Assembly: GCA_031411295.1 (NCBI GenBank)
Contig: JANOAV010000158.1
Location: forward strand, 1 to 22,092
DNA length: 22,092 nucleotides
Direction: 5' to 3'
DNA from: Verrucomicrobiales bacterium
GTDB taxonomy: Bacteria > Verrucomicrobiota > Verrucomicrobiia > Verrucomicrobiales > V1-33
A model generated the notes under the pieces. The model did not search any database. It had not been told where the DNA came from and was given only the letters and a program-made list of their open reading frames with translations. This document shows, piece by piece, positions 6,281 through 14,824 of this stretch. Positions within the stretch are counted from its first letter, which is position 1. The number at the start of each line of letters is the position of its first letter. Position numbers and translations under genes: made by a program.

Positions 6281-8275
6281 ATGCCCGACGAAATTCCGCC
6301 CCCTTCCTTGCCACCCACTCACTGCACGTCCTGTGGGCGGGCCTTCGTGCGGGGGATGGCGGCTCCGGCGGGGATGTGTTTGGCTTGTTGGTCGAAGGGC
6401 GGGGTGCTGGCAGCGGAGCGGTTGGCGGCAGAACGGTTAGGGGCGGTGGCGTTCGGGAAATTTGAAATTTTGGAGGGAGCAGGACGCGGTGGCATGGGGA
6501 CGGTGTATCGGGCCCGGAGGGTGAGTGATGGTCTGCTGGTGGCGCTGAAGGTGATGAATGCAGAGCAGAGTGGGGACGCGGTTTTCCGGGAGCGATTCCG
6601 CCGAGAGGCTGCCGCGCTGGAAATGCTAGACCACCCGAATGTGGTCCAGTGGTTGGATCATGGGGAGGAGGATGGGGTGCTTTTTTTGGCGATGGAATGG
6701 ATGGATGGTGGAAATCTGCAAACGAAGCTGCGGACCGAGAGCCTTTCCGTGGGCGAGGCGATGGGGATTTTCCACCAGGCGGCAGCGGGCCTAGCCGCCG
6801 TTCATGATGCTGGGATGGTGCATCGCGATATCAAACCTGGTAATATTTTGCTGGGGCCGAATGGGGAGGTGAAGCTGGGGGATTTCGGGCTGATGCGGAG
6901 GCATGATCTGGATGAAGGGTCGCTCACGTTAGGCACGCTCCAAGGGGCGACTTACTACACGGCTCCGGAGCTGCTTCACGGTGGCAGGGAGGCGGATGCC
7001 CGGTCTGATATTTACAGTATGGGGGTCTTGCTCTATCATTTGCTAACGGGTAAACCGCCGACCCGGGAATCGCCCCTGGTGGCGAAGTTGGGGCTAAAGG
7101 ATTGTGCTCCGCGGGTTGATAACGTCATTTCTAAGGCGATGAAGTTTGACCCCAAAGAGCGATATGCCGGCATGCCGGAAATGATGACTGAGCTGGAGGT
7201 GGGTGCAGGAGCGGGCAGGAAATGGCGTCGAAGGTTACTTGGTAGTGCCGCGCTACTGACGTTAGGATTTGCGGTTTGGCTGGGATGGAAGTGGCGGCTG
7301 GAGGCTGCGGCTCCGAGCATGAACGCCGAGGATCTGCGGGCGATGAAGCTGCCGGGAGCGGTCTTTATCAAGCCGGGACGGGTGGCGGTGCCACTGCTTA
7401 CACCACCTAGTGGTGGACCGCCGCCCATCGCCATGGAAAATAGCTTGGGAATGAAATTCCGCCCGATACCAAGATCGGCCACGTTGTTGTGCATTTGGGA
7501 AACACGGATTCAGGATTACAAGACACACGCCGAAGAACTGGTTGATGGAGCACCGTGGATTGAGGAATCCAACTTTGACTTCGAAGGCGCTGAAGCGATG
7601 ATTTCTCTGCGCAACCGAGAGTGGAAAAAATTTGGCGCAACCTGGCGGAAGCCGGGATGGGAAATTGCCGACGATCAACCAGTGGCAGGCAGATGCTGGA
7701 TTGATGCTGCGGCCTTTTGCACCTGGCTGACGTGGGTGGAGCGTAAGGCTGGAAAGATTGGAGCAGATCAAGCTTATAGATTGCCGACCGATGAGGAATG
7801 GAGTGCTGCGGCGGGCCTGCCAGTGGAGCCGGGTGAAACTCCCGAAGAGAGACAAGAGTCATGGCCGAAATCAGCCCACGTCTGGGCATGGGGAACCACG
7901 TGGCCCCCACCACCTGAATTGGTAAATCTTGCCGGGACGGAATTACTGGATGATGGCCAATTAGAGAAGCCTTGGGATCTCACTGGGGTGAGGGACGTTT
8001 GGCCCCGCGTTGCCCCTGTGGAGGCTGTTCCGGTTTCTGCTTTGGGATTTTACCATCTCTCGGGTAACGTGGACGAATGGACGGACAGTCATTCAGGGCG
8101 CTTCAAGGGCCATTACATTATGCGCGGAGGAAATTGGGCCACTGGCACTCCGAAAGAAACGTCGCTGACGATTCGCGTAGCGGATCGCCCGGCTGTGCGT
8201 CATGATTGGCGGGGATTCAGAGTGGCGTTCCAGCCAAGCGGTGCTGAGGGGTGGCGATATGGCGGAGCACGTTGA
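6281..8275 (+). CDS. Membrane Ser/Thr protein kinase with an N-terminal CxxC..CxxC knuckle and a C-terminal formylglycine-generating-enzyme-like (FGE-sulfatase) domain
   Basis: GRGGMGTVY, VALK, HRDIKPGN, DFG and APE kinase motifs; TM helix LLGSAALLTLGFAVWLGW; NSLGMKF...WIDAAAFCTWL...YRLPTDEEW...SGNVDEW...RGGNW...GFRV FGE motifs. Start at ATG 6281 because the upstream part of the ORF lies in the palindrome. Confidence 0.92.
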   Translation: MPDEIPPPSLPPTHCTSCGRAFVRGMAAPAGMCLACWSKGGVLAAERLAAERLGAVAFGKFEILEGAGRGGMGTVYRARRVSDGLLVALKVMNAEQSGDAVFRERFRREAAALEMLDHPNVVQWLDHGEEDGVLFLAMEWMDGGNLQTKLRTESLSVGEAMGIFHQAAAGLAAVHDAGMVHRDIKPGNILLGPNGEVKLGDFGLMRRHDLDEGSLTLGTLQGATYYTAPELLHGGREADARSDIYSMGVLLYHLLTGKPPTRESPLVAKLGLKDCAPRVDNVISKAMKFDPKERYAGMPEMMTELEVGAGAGRKWRRRLLGSAALLTLGFAVWLGWKWRLEAAAPSMNAEDLRAMKLPGAVFIKPGRVAVPLLTPPSGGPPPIAMENSLGMKFRPIPRSATLLCIWETRIQDYKTHAEELVDGAPWIEESNFDFEGAEAMISLRNREWKKFGATWRKPGWEIADDQPVAGRCWIDAAAFCTWLTWVERKAGKIGADQAYRLPTDEEWSAAAGLPVEPGETPEERQESWPKSAHVWAWGTTWPPPPELVNLAGTELLDDGQLEKPWDLTGVRDVWPRVAPVEAVPVSALGFYHLSGNVDEWTDSHSGRFKGHYIMRGGNWATGTPKETSLTIRVADRPAVRHDWRGFRVAFQPSGAEGWRYGGAR

Positions 8276-8538
8276 CCCCATGTCCAACCAGCCGTTTATC
8301 ATCTGTTCAAGACCCGCGGATTTTGCCCCTATCCTGGCTCACACTGCGGGGACTCGCTGGTCAATTGCTGTGGTCCATCATGCTCGTGCGGGCTGATTTT
8401 AGAGAAATTACAGGAATCGTCCAGTTTGGTGGCGATAGCAGGAGGTTTTTAGTCATGGGGCTGCGATTTCTGGTCTATTTCTGCGGCTGGGGTAGCGAAA
8501 TATTGACGTTGGGGGGCGTCCGAGGTAGAGGCTCGGCC

Positions 8539-10608
8539 ATGATCAAATCCCCAATCATCTTGTTGTCTCTGGCCGGTGCCGGCATTCTTAGTGCCGAAAC
8601 GTTGCGTCCTCCGGCGGTCCCGTTGGTGACGCATGACCCTTACTTTAGCATCTGGAGTGAAGCGGATACCGCCTACAGCAAATGGCCCAGCCACTGGACC
8701 GGGTCCACCCAGGCGCTTGGTGGGATGATCCGCGTGGATGGGGTGGCACAGCGATTTCTGGGGCAGATGCCCGAGGCTGAGCCGGTGGAACAGAAAAGTG
8801 TCACAGTGCATCCGACGCGCACGGTCTATGAATTTACTTCCGGTGGGGTGGGGTTGATGGTGACGTTTCTTTCCCCGTTGCTGCCGCATGATTTGGAAAC
8901 GTTCGCGCGTCCCGTGACGTATGTCACGACGACGGTGAAATCGCTGGATGGCAAGGCGCACGAAGTTTCGGTGTATTTCGATGCCTCGGCCGAAACGGCG
9001 GTGGATAAGGCGGAGCAAAAGGTCACCTGGGCCAAAGTGGACGTGCCAGGGCTGAAGGTGGCAGCGTTTGCCAGCGAGGAACAAGCGGTGCTGAAGAAGG
9101 CGGGCGATAATCTCCGGATCGACTGGGGACGTTTCCTGTTGGCGGGGCCGGAATCGGCTAGTGTATCCATGAATGGCGATAAAATTTGCCGTGGCGAGTT
9201 CGCGAAGTCTGGCAAGATTTCTACGGCCGACGACACCGCCATGCCGCGTGCGGCCAAGGATCGGTGGCCGTTGCTGGCATGTGTCCAGGACTTGGGTAAA
9301 GTGGATGCCACGGCCAAGTCCGCCACGTTTCTCCTGGCCTATGATGATGGCCCTGGGGGCATTGAATGGATGCATAAGCCCCTGCTTTCCTGGTGGAAGC
9401 GCAGTGGGCTGACCATCGAGAAACTCTTGGCCCAAAGCTGGTCGGAACGCGAAACGCTGGCGGAGAAATGCGCCACGTATGATGCGGCATTGGAGAAAGA
9501 ACAGATCGCCATCGGAGGCGAGAAGTATTCGCAGATTGCCAGTCTGGCTTTCCGTCAGGCGTGGTCGGCTCACAAGTTAGTGGCCTCTCCGGCGGGCGAG
9601 CCCTGGTTCTTCTCCAAGGAAAATTTCAGCAACGGCTGCATTGCGACGGTGGATGTGACGTATCCGTCCGCGCCAATCATGCTCTTGTTCCAACCGGAAT
9701 TGCTCAAGGGACTGTGCACGCCCATTTGTGAATACGCCCTAGGCGGGAAATGGCCCTACAACTACGCGCCACACGACTTGGGGACGTATCCCAAAGCAAA
9801 CGGTCAGGTTTATGGCATGGGCGAAAAGGACACGGACGGCGGGCGCATGCCGGTGGAGGAGTGCGGCAACATGATGGTGTGCCTGGCTGCGATTACCTAC
9901 GCCGAAGGAAAGTTGGATTATGCCAAACGTTACTGGCCGCTGTTGGAGCGCTGGGCGGCGTATTTGGAGACGGTGGGTTTCGATCCGAATAACCAACTCT
10001 GCACGGATGACTTTGCGGGCCATTTGGCGCACAATGCGAATCTTTCGCTGAAGACCATCGTGGCGCTGGGGAGCTTCGGAGCCTTATGTGAGAAGGCCGG
10101 CAAGGCTGAGGAGGCGAAGAAGTGGTCCACGCTCGCCAAGCAAATGGCAGTCGATTGGCAGAGGGCGGCACAGGATGGCGACCATTATCGTTTGGCCTTC
10201 GATCAAGTCGGAAGCTGGAGTATGAAATATAACATGGTGTGGGATCGCATTCTGGGACTGAATCTGTTCCCAGCCAGTGTGGCCACGACGGAGATGGCCC
10301 ACTATCGCAAGGTGCAGCAGAAATTCGGCCTGCCGCTGGATAGTCGCAAGACCTACACCAAGAGCGATTGGCTCGTCTGGACGGCTACGTTGACAGGCAA
10401 GCGGGATGATTTCGAAGCTCTGGTGAATCCGTTGTGGGATTCATTGAATGTCTCCGCCAGTCGTTCCCCGATGACGGATTGGTATGAAACGAAGGACGCC
10501 AAAATGGTTGGTTTCCAGGCCCGCAGTGTGGTCGGCGGCGTTTACATTCCGTTCCTCTATGACGCCAAACTCTGGGAGCGCTTCCGGACGGGAAAAGTGG
10601 TGCCGTAG
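8539..10608 (+). CDS. Exported DUF4964/DUF5127/DUF4965/DUF1793 (glutaminase-A-like, six-hairpin glycosidase-like) protein
   Basis: Signal peptide MIKSPIILLSLAGAGILSA; LRPPAVPLVTHDPYFSIWS, SKENFSNGCIATVDVTYPS, APHDLGTYP, MPVEECGNM, QLCTDDFAG, YTKSDW, FQARSVVGG. Confidence 0.88.
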   Translation: MIKSPIILLSLAGAGILSAETLRPPAVPLVTHDPYFSIWSEADTAYSKWPSHWTGSTQALGGMIRVDGVAQRFLGQMPEAEPVEQKSVTVHPTRTVYEFTSGGVGLMVTFLSPLLPHDLETFARPVTYVTTTVKSLDGKAHEVSVYFDASAETAVDKAEQKVTWAKVDVPGLKVAAFASEEQAVLKKAGDNLRIDWGRFLLAGPESASVSMNGDKICRGEFAKSGKISTADDTAMPRAAKDRWPLLACVQDLGKVDATAKSATFLLAYDDGPGGIEWMHKPLLSWWKRSGLTIEKLLAQSWSERETLAEKCATYDAALEKEQIAIGGEKYSQIASLAFRQAWSAHKLVASPAGEPWFFSKENFSNGCIATVDVTYPSAPIMLLFQPELLKGLCTPICEYALGGKWPYNYAPHDLGTYPKANGQVYGMGEKDTDGGRMPVEECGNMMVCLAAITYAEGKLDYAKRYWPLLERWAAYLETVGFDPNNQLCTDDFAGHLAHNANLSLKTIVALGSFGALCEKAGKAEEAKKWSTLAKQMAVDWQRAAQDGDHYRLAFDQVGSWSMKYNMVWDRILGLNLFPASVATTEMAHYRKVQQKFGLPLDSRKTYTKSDWLVWTATLTGKRDDFEALVNPLWDSLNVSASRSPMTDWYETKDAKMVGFQARSVVGGVYIPFLYDAKLWERFRTGKVVP

Positions 10609-10619
10609 GGTGACTTTAA

Positions 10620-11003
10620 GTAGTCAGGGGCTTTAGCCCGCAGGCAGGTCCGGGGCGGATTCAGGCGTCTGATTCACGGGGCTACGGCCCCTTAAAGTAG
10701 TCATCATCGCTCCGCGTGATGACCAGCGCGATTTCCCTGTCCCGCCACCGCCACGAATCACCATACGCCAGCGTCCCTGCCAGGCGCCGTTCATGCCGAC
10801 GCCGTCCTGCGCTGGGCAGAGACTGGCTCCGAACTCGAATGCGCACGCTAACGTCTGCCGTCACGCGGAGCGATGACGGCTACTTTGCGAGCAGCTTTGT
10901 GGCGGGGCCAAGTCGGTTGAGCTGCTAGCCAAACCTCGGCAATGCTGATACTACAAGGTTTTGGGCCCTAAGTAAGCGCCATTCGGCTGAAGCCCGGGAC
11001 TAC
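10620..11003. repeat. Two nested GTAG-type REP doublets between convergent genes
   Basis: Outer arms GTAGTCAGGGGCTTTAGCC (10620) / CGGCTGAAGCCCGGGACTAC (10984-11003); inner arms 10694-10719 / 10861-10886 (24/26). Confidence 0.8.
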
Positions 11004-11021
11004 GGTGAAGTAATCCCATCC

Positions 11022-14000
11022 TCACTTCTTCTTGAGGCCACTGAGATACTCCACCAAGTCCACGAACTCCTGTTCGCTGATCGTGGCGGGTAGGCCAGGG
11101 GGCATGAGGGAGATGGGTAATTTCTTGCGGTCTGAAATTTCACCCTTCGGCGTCTTGACGATGACTCCGCCGGGCGTCTTCAAGGACAACTCTGCGTCTG
11201 TTTCTCCAGCCACCATGCCGACGTAAGTGTCGCCCTTCTTGGTCTTCACTTCCCAGCCTTCGAAGCCGAAACTAATGGCCGCGTTCGGATCAATGATCGA
11301 GGCATAGAGCGCCTCCTTCGGTAACTTGCTTCCGATCTCGCTCAGCGCAGGGCCGAAGTCGATGCCTTCATCATTTACTTTGTGACAAGCAATGCAGATC
11401 TTGGCATAGACCGCATGGCCGTTGGTGACATCGCCTTTGCGCGCGATGAGTTTGGAAATGGGCGGCAGTGGGGTGTTGTTTTGACCAGTTGGCATCGGAA
11501 GCAATTCAGATGCGGCCTTCTTGATGCCCGCATCGCTGGAGGCGTTCAGCACTTCGCCTGCGGCTAGTTTGAGATCGCCTGGGAGTTCGTTTTTCTTCAC
11601 GGCTTCCAACAAAAGATTTTCCCCGTTGCGGCTCTTCCCTAGTGCTTTGATGGCAGCGGATTTCATGACGGCAGTGGCCTTGGGATCGTTGATGCAATGC
11701 AGGATGACAGCAGCGGCTTCCTTGCTCTGGGAAAGGGAAAGCGTATCGAAGAGCGGGCTGACCTTGTTTTCCGGAACAGCCAAAATGGCACTGGTGATGG
11801 CATCGAGTTGCCCCATCTTGATCAACGCTTTGAAGGCGGTGGCAGCTTCCACGGTGCCAGCTTTGTTCAAGCCGGTTTCAAGCAGATGCGCCTTTTCTTC
11901 CGGCACGTTGAAGCGCTCCAGGAATGCAAAGTATTCTTTGCTGTCACGATTCCCATTCAGGAAACCAGCCACCGCTGCCTTCACGGGCGCTGCTGCTGAA
12001 GCGAAATCGAAGTCCTTCACATGCTTGATCACTTCCATCACCAATCGATTGCTCGCTGCGGCATCGGAATCGGTGGCAGAAGCACCAGAGAGGAATTTCT
12101 TCAGCGCTTGCTGACGTTGCTCCTCGGAGGGTTGGTAATCCAAGGCTCGCACGAAACGCAGTTTCTCGCTAGCAGGCAAGCTTCCACCGAGAATCTGTGC
12201 GATGTAATCCGCTGACTTCTTGGCGCGACTGATCCAAATGAGATCGCGCCCACCGGCGGTGTTCCATTTCTCACCCACCAGATCCATGTAAGCATTGAAG
12301 CAGGCTTCCCAGTTCAAGTTCGCGCCATTGCTGCATGCGGCCAGATACCATTTATCCGCGCCATCATGCTGTGTAGCCAATTGCGCCCAGAGCTTGGCTG
12401 CTTCGGGCGAAGTTAGGAAACGCAAACCAATCAACGCCTCGCGTCGCACGGCGGCACTGGGGTCTTTGACTACTTTCGAAATCAGCGGAATCAAATCCAG
12501 CTTCAGTTGACGGGCCAGACGCAGGCCAGTTACGCGAATGTCTTCATCCTTGTCAGCCAGTGCAGCATCCACGGCTTGCGCGCCCTGGCTGGTTAATTTA
12601 CCCCAAGCCCACAGAGCCCGCGCGCGGAGGCGTGGGTTTGGATTGCTGGTGAATTCATTTTTGAGTCCAGATGCAATTTCATCGCCAAGCGCCTTCAGCG
12701 CCTGCCAACCAAGATAGCGCGTGGCTTCGTTCGGACTGAGTAACTGTTTGATACCTGCTTCTGCCTTCGCGTCCTTGGCGCTGGACATATATTTCCCTAA
12801 CGCAACAGCAGGAGCCACACGATAAATGCGCCCCCGCTCCAGATCACCCATACCATGACCGCCGACACCGGGATCATACCAATCCGCTACAAACAAGCTC
12901 CCATCAGGCGCCACGCAGACGTCGCTGGGGCGGAACCAACTGTCCCGCGTGCCGTGTAAAATGTCCGTGACTGTGGCTTTGTAGCCGCCACCCGATTTCG
13001 TGACCGGATAACTCCGCACGATGTTTGGTCCCGCATCACAGTGAATCACTTGACCTTGGAACTCTTGCGGCAGCAGCGATCCTTCATATACCAAGATGCC
13101 CGTAGGGCTGCCCGCGCCCGTTTGCAGCAGGTTCGGCATCACGCCAGGATCATTCAGATGCCAGTGTGCGGCCTGCACTTCCTCCTCGGTCTTGGCATCG
13201 CCCTTCTGCCAACCGTTGCCTGTTAGTTCGTCCTTGTAGCCGTAGTTGCCGAATTCCATCACGAAATTGATGCGCACAGATTTGTTGCCATCGTCATCGT
13301 TATCGCTCTGCCAGATAGTGCCGAAGGAGTCCACGTTGCACTCCCAATTGTTGCGGAAATTCCACGCCACCGTTTCAATTTCCGTCAGGTCAGGATTGCA
13401 GCGGAAGACGCAGCCTTCTTGATAGGGCGTGCGATTCGGGGCGATGATGTTTCCCGCCATGTCCTTCACCGGCTGGCCGTCCTTGTCCTTCAGGGTCAGC
13501 CCGGCATTGCCGAAATTGAAATACAATTTCCCGTCGGGACCAAAATGGAAGGCATGGATCCCGTGGTCGTGCTGCGCGCCTTGGATGCCAGTGAAGAGCA
13601 CTTCCGTTTTGTCCGCCTTGTCATCACCATCCGTATCCGTTAGTCGCAGAACTTTGTCGCCTGCGGAAACGATGCATTGATTCCCTAGCACGCAAACTCC
13701 GTGCGGGGAAACCACATCCTTTCCTTGATAAAAGACGGTCTGTTTCTCCGCCACGCCATCGCCATTCGTGTCCTCCAGAATCAAGATGCGATCACCCTCC
13801 GGGCGCTTTCCGTTGTGGCCACGATAGTTCACAATTTCCGCCACCCAGACGCGGCCACGGGAGTCGATATCGATGCTGCTAGGGCTGAGCAGTAATGGTT
13901 CTGCGGCAAAGGTGGCCACCTCCAATCCATCCGCCACATTCAAGGCTGCCAGCGCCTCCGCAGGTTCCTTGGCTCCACCACCGGGCTTGGGAGCAGCGAT

Positions 14001-14570
14001 GGCCGGGGCCGTGGTCCAAACTTGAAAGACCACGGATGTGGCTCCCTGATCCGTGCCGCCTTTATCCAAGCCGCCCTTCGCCTTGAAGCGCATGGTGCCA
14101 GCAGGCACATCGTATTCGATGATGGAAGTCGCATGCGTGCCGATCCCATTGGCCACGGGCTGGCCGTTTACTATCATCGGCTGCCCTTGCGCGTTCTTGT
14201 TAATTTCCACCTTCCCCCACTGGCTGCTCGCATTCACCCAGGGAACGTCCGTCAGCTTCTTCTCGCCAAACGCGCCCGTGAGTTTCGGCTCGATCCAGTC
14301 CGACCAATCGGCCGTGAAGCCATTGCCGCTGTCGGTTACCACTAAATAAAGTTTCGTGGCTCCCCGGAGATCCACATCGATATCCACCGCGTGCCCCACC
14401 GTCTCCGTCGTTACCACATGGCTGCTCCAGAGTGGCTTGGCGGCTGAGTTGCCACCGGCACCTGAGGGCTCAGGCGCGGGTGCCTGGCCAGCAGGATGCA
14501 GGCCGGCAAATGTGCTATAAGTCAGAATGGGAACACACGACAGGATCAGTAGAGGACGAAGTGGCAGCAT
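11022..14570 (-). CDS. PVC-type heme-binding CxxCH protein: NPCBM/NEW2 carbohydrate-binding module, dehydrogenase-like beta-propeller, HEAT-like repeats and c-type heme domain
   Basis: Signal peptide; L.L.VTD.G.G...DW.DW.EP and GIGTHA (NPCBM); FAAEP...DSRGRVWV...EDTNGDG, FGPDG, NFRNNWE, FRPSDV..APDG; C-terminal CIACH...GPALSEIG...SLMPPGL...DLVEYL. Confidence 0.92.
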   Translation of the reverse strand: MLPLRPLLILSCVPILTYSTFAGLHPAGQAPAPEPSGAGGNSAAKPLWSSHVVTTETVGHAVDIDVDLRGATKLYLVVTDSGNGFTADWSDWIEPKLTGAFGEKKLTDVPWVNASSQWGKVEINKNAQGQPMIVNGQPVANGIGTHATSIIEYDVPAGTMRFKAKGGLDKGGTDQGATSVVFQVWTTAPAIAAPKPGGGAKEPAEALAALNVADGLEVATFAAEPLLLSPSSIDIDSRGRVWVAEIVNYRGHNGKRPEGDRILILEDTNGDGVAEKQTVFYQGKDVVSPHGVCVLGNQCIVSAGDKVLRLTDTDGDDKADKTEVLFTGIQGAQHDHGIHAFHFGPDGKLYFNFGNAGLTLKDKDGQPVKDMAGNIIAPNRTPYQEGCVFRCNPDLTEIETVAWNFRNNWECNVDSFGTIWQSDNDDDGNKSVRINFVMEFGNYGYKDELTGNGWQKGDAKTEEEVQAAHWHLNDPGVMPNLLQTGAGSPTGILVYEGSLLPQEFQGQVIHCDAGPNIVRSYPVTKSGGGYKATVTDILHGTRDSWFRPSDVCVAPDGSLFVADWYDPGVGGHGMGDLERGRIYRVAPAVALGKYMSSAKDAKAEAGIKQLLSPNEATRYLGWQALKALGDEIASGLKNEFTSNPNPRLRARALWAWGKLTSQGAQAVDAALADKDEDIRVTGLRLARQLKLDLIPLISKVVKDPSAAVRREALIGLRFLTSPEAAKLWAQLATQHDGADKWYLAACSNGANLNWEACFNAYMDLVGEKWNTAGGRDLIWISRAKKSADYIAQILGGSLPASEKLRFVRALDYQPSEEQRQQALKKFLSGASATDSDAAASNRLVMEVIKHVKDFDFASAAAPVKAAVAGFLNGNRDSKEYFAFLERFNVPEEKAHLLETGLNKAGTVEAATAFKALIKMGQLDAITSAILAVPENKVSPLFDTLSLSQSKEAAAVILHCINDPKATAVMKSAAIKALGKSRNGENLLLEAVKKNELPGDLKLAAGEVLNASSDAGIKKAASELLPMPTGQNNTPLPPISKLIARKGDVTNGHAVYAKICIACHKVNDEGIDFGPALSEIGSKLPKEALYASIIDPNAAISFGFEGWEVKTKKGDTYVGMVAGETDAELSLKTPGGVIVKTPKGEISDRKKLPISLMPPGLPATISEQEFVDLVEYLSGLKKK

Positions 14571-14646
14571 GAGAACAGTTGGGTAAATGATTTCCCCCTT
14601 ACTGCCAGCAATCCCCGTTGGGGCAAGAAGAGGCCGTGAAATTCTG

Positions 14647-14758
14647 CGTATCCGGCTACCTGGCGCAGGCTAGGGCGCAGTCGTCACCGGCTGGAGTGGC
14701 GGAGTAGGGCATCATCCGTTCTTTCTGGAGGATTGCCAGTAGGGAATTCTGCCGGGCG
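14647..14758 (-). pseudogene. Decayed 5' remnant of a further FG-GAP paralog with an intact leader element
   Basis: Leader copy at ~14689-14758, followed on the minus strand by CAGGTAGCCGGATACG, matching CAGGTGCCGGATACG (QVPDT) of the 18819 gene. No ORF follows. Confidence 0.6.
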
Positions 14759-14824
14759 GTGGGGGGCGGGGCTTCCAGGATTCGCGGGGGCGGCGGGTGG
14801 GGTGGCTCCGTCGGTCAAGAGGGG

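Noticed and set aside
8050..8275. FGE/CLec-fold C-terminus as a DGR variable region
   Set aside because: No second near-identical copy (template repeat) or RT gene seen in the window; a remote one cannot be excluded.
8251..8538. N-terminal extensions in the ORF track (8251, 6176, 1999, 17383, 22029)
   Set aside because: Signal peptides and paralog alignment point to downstream ATGs; the extensions run through palindromes or leader elements.
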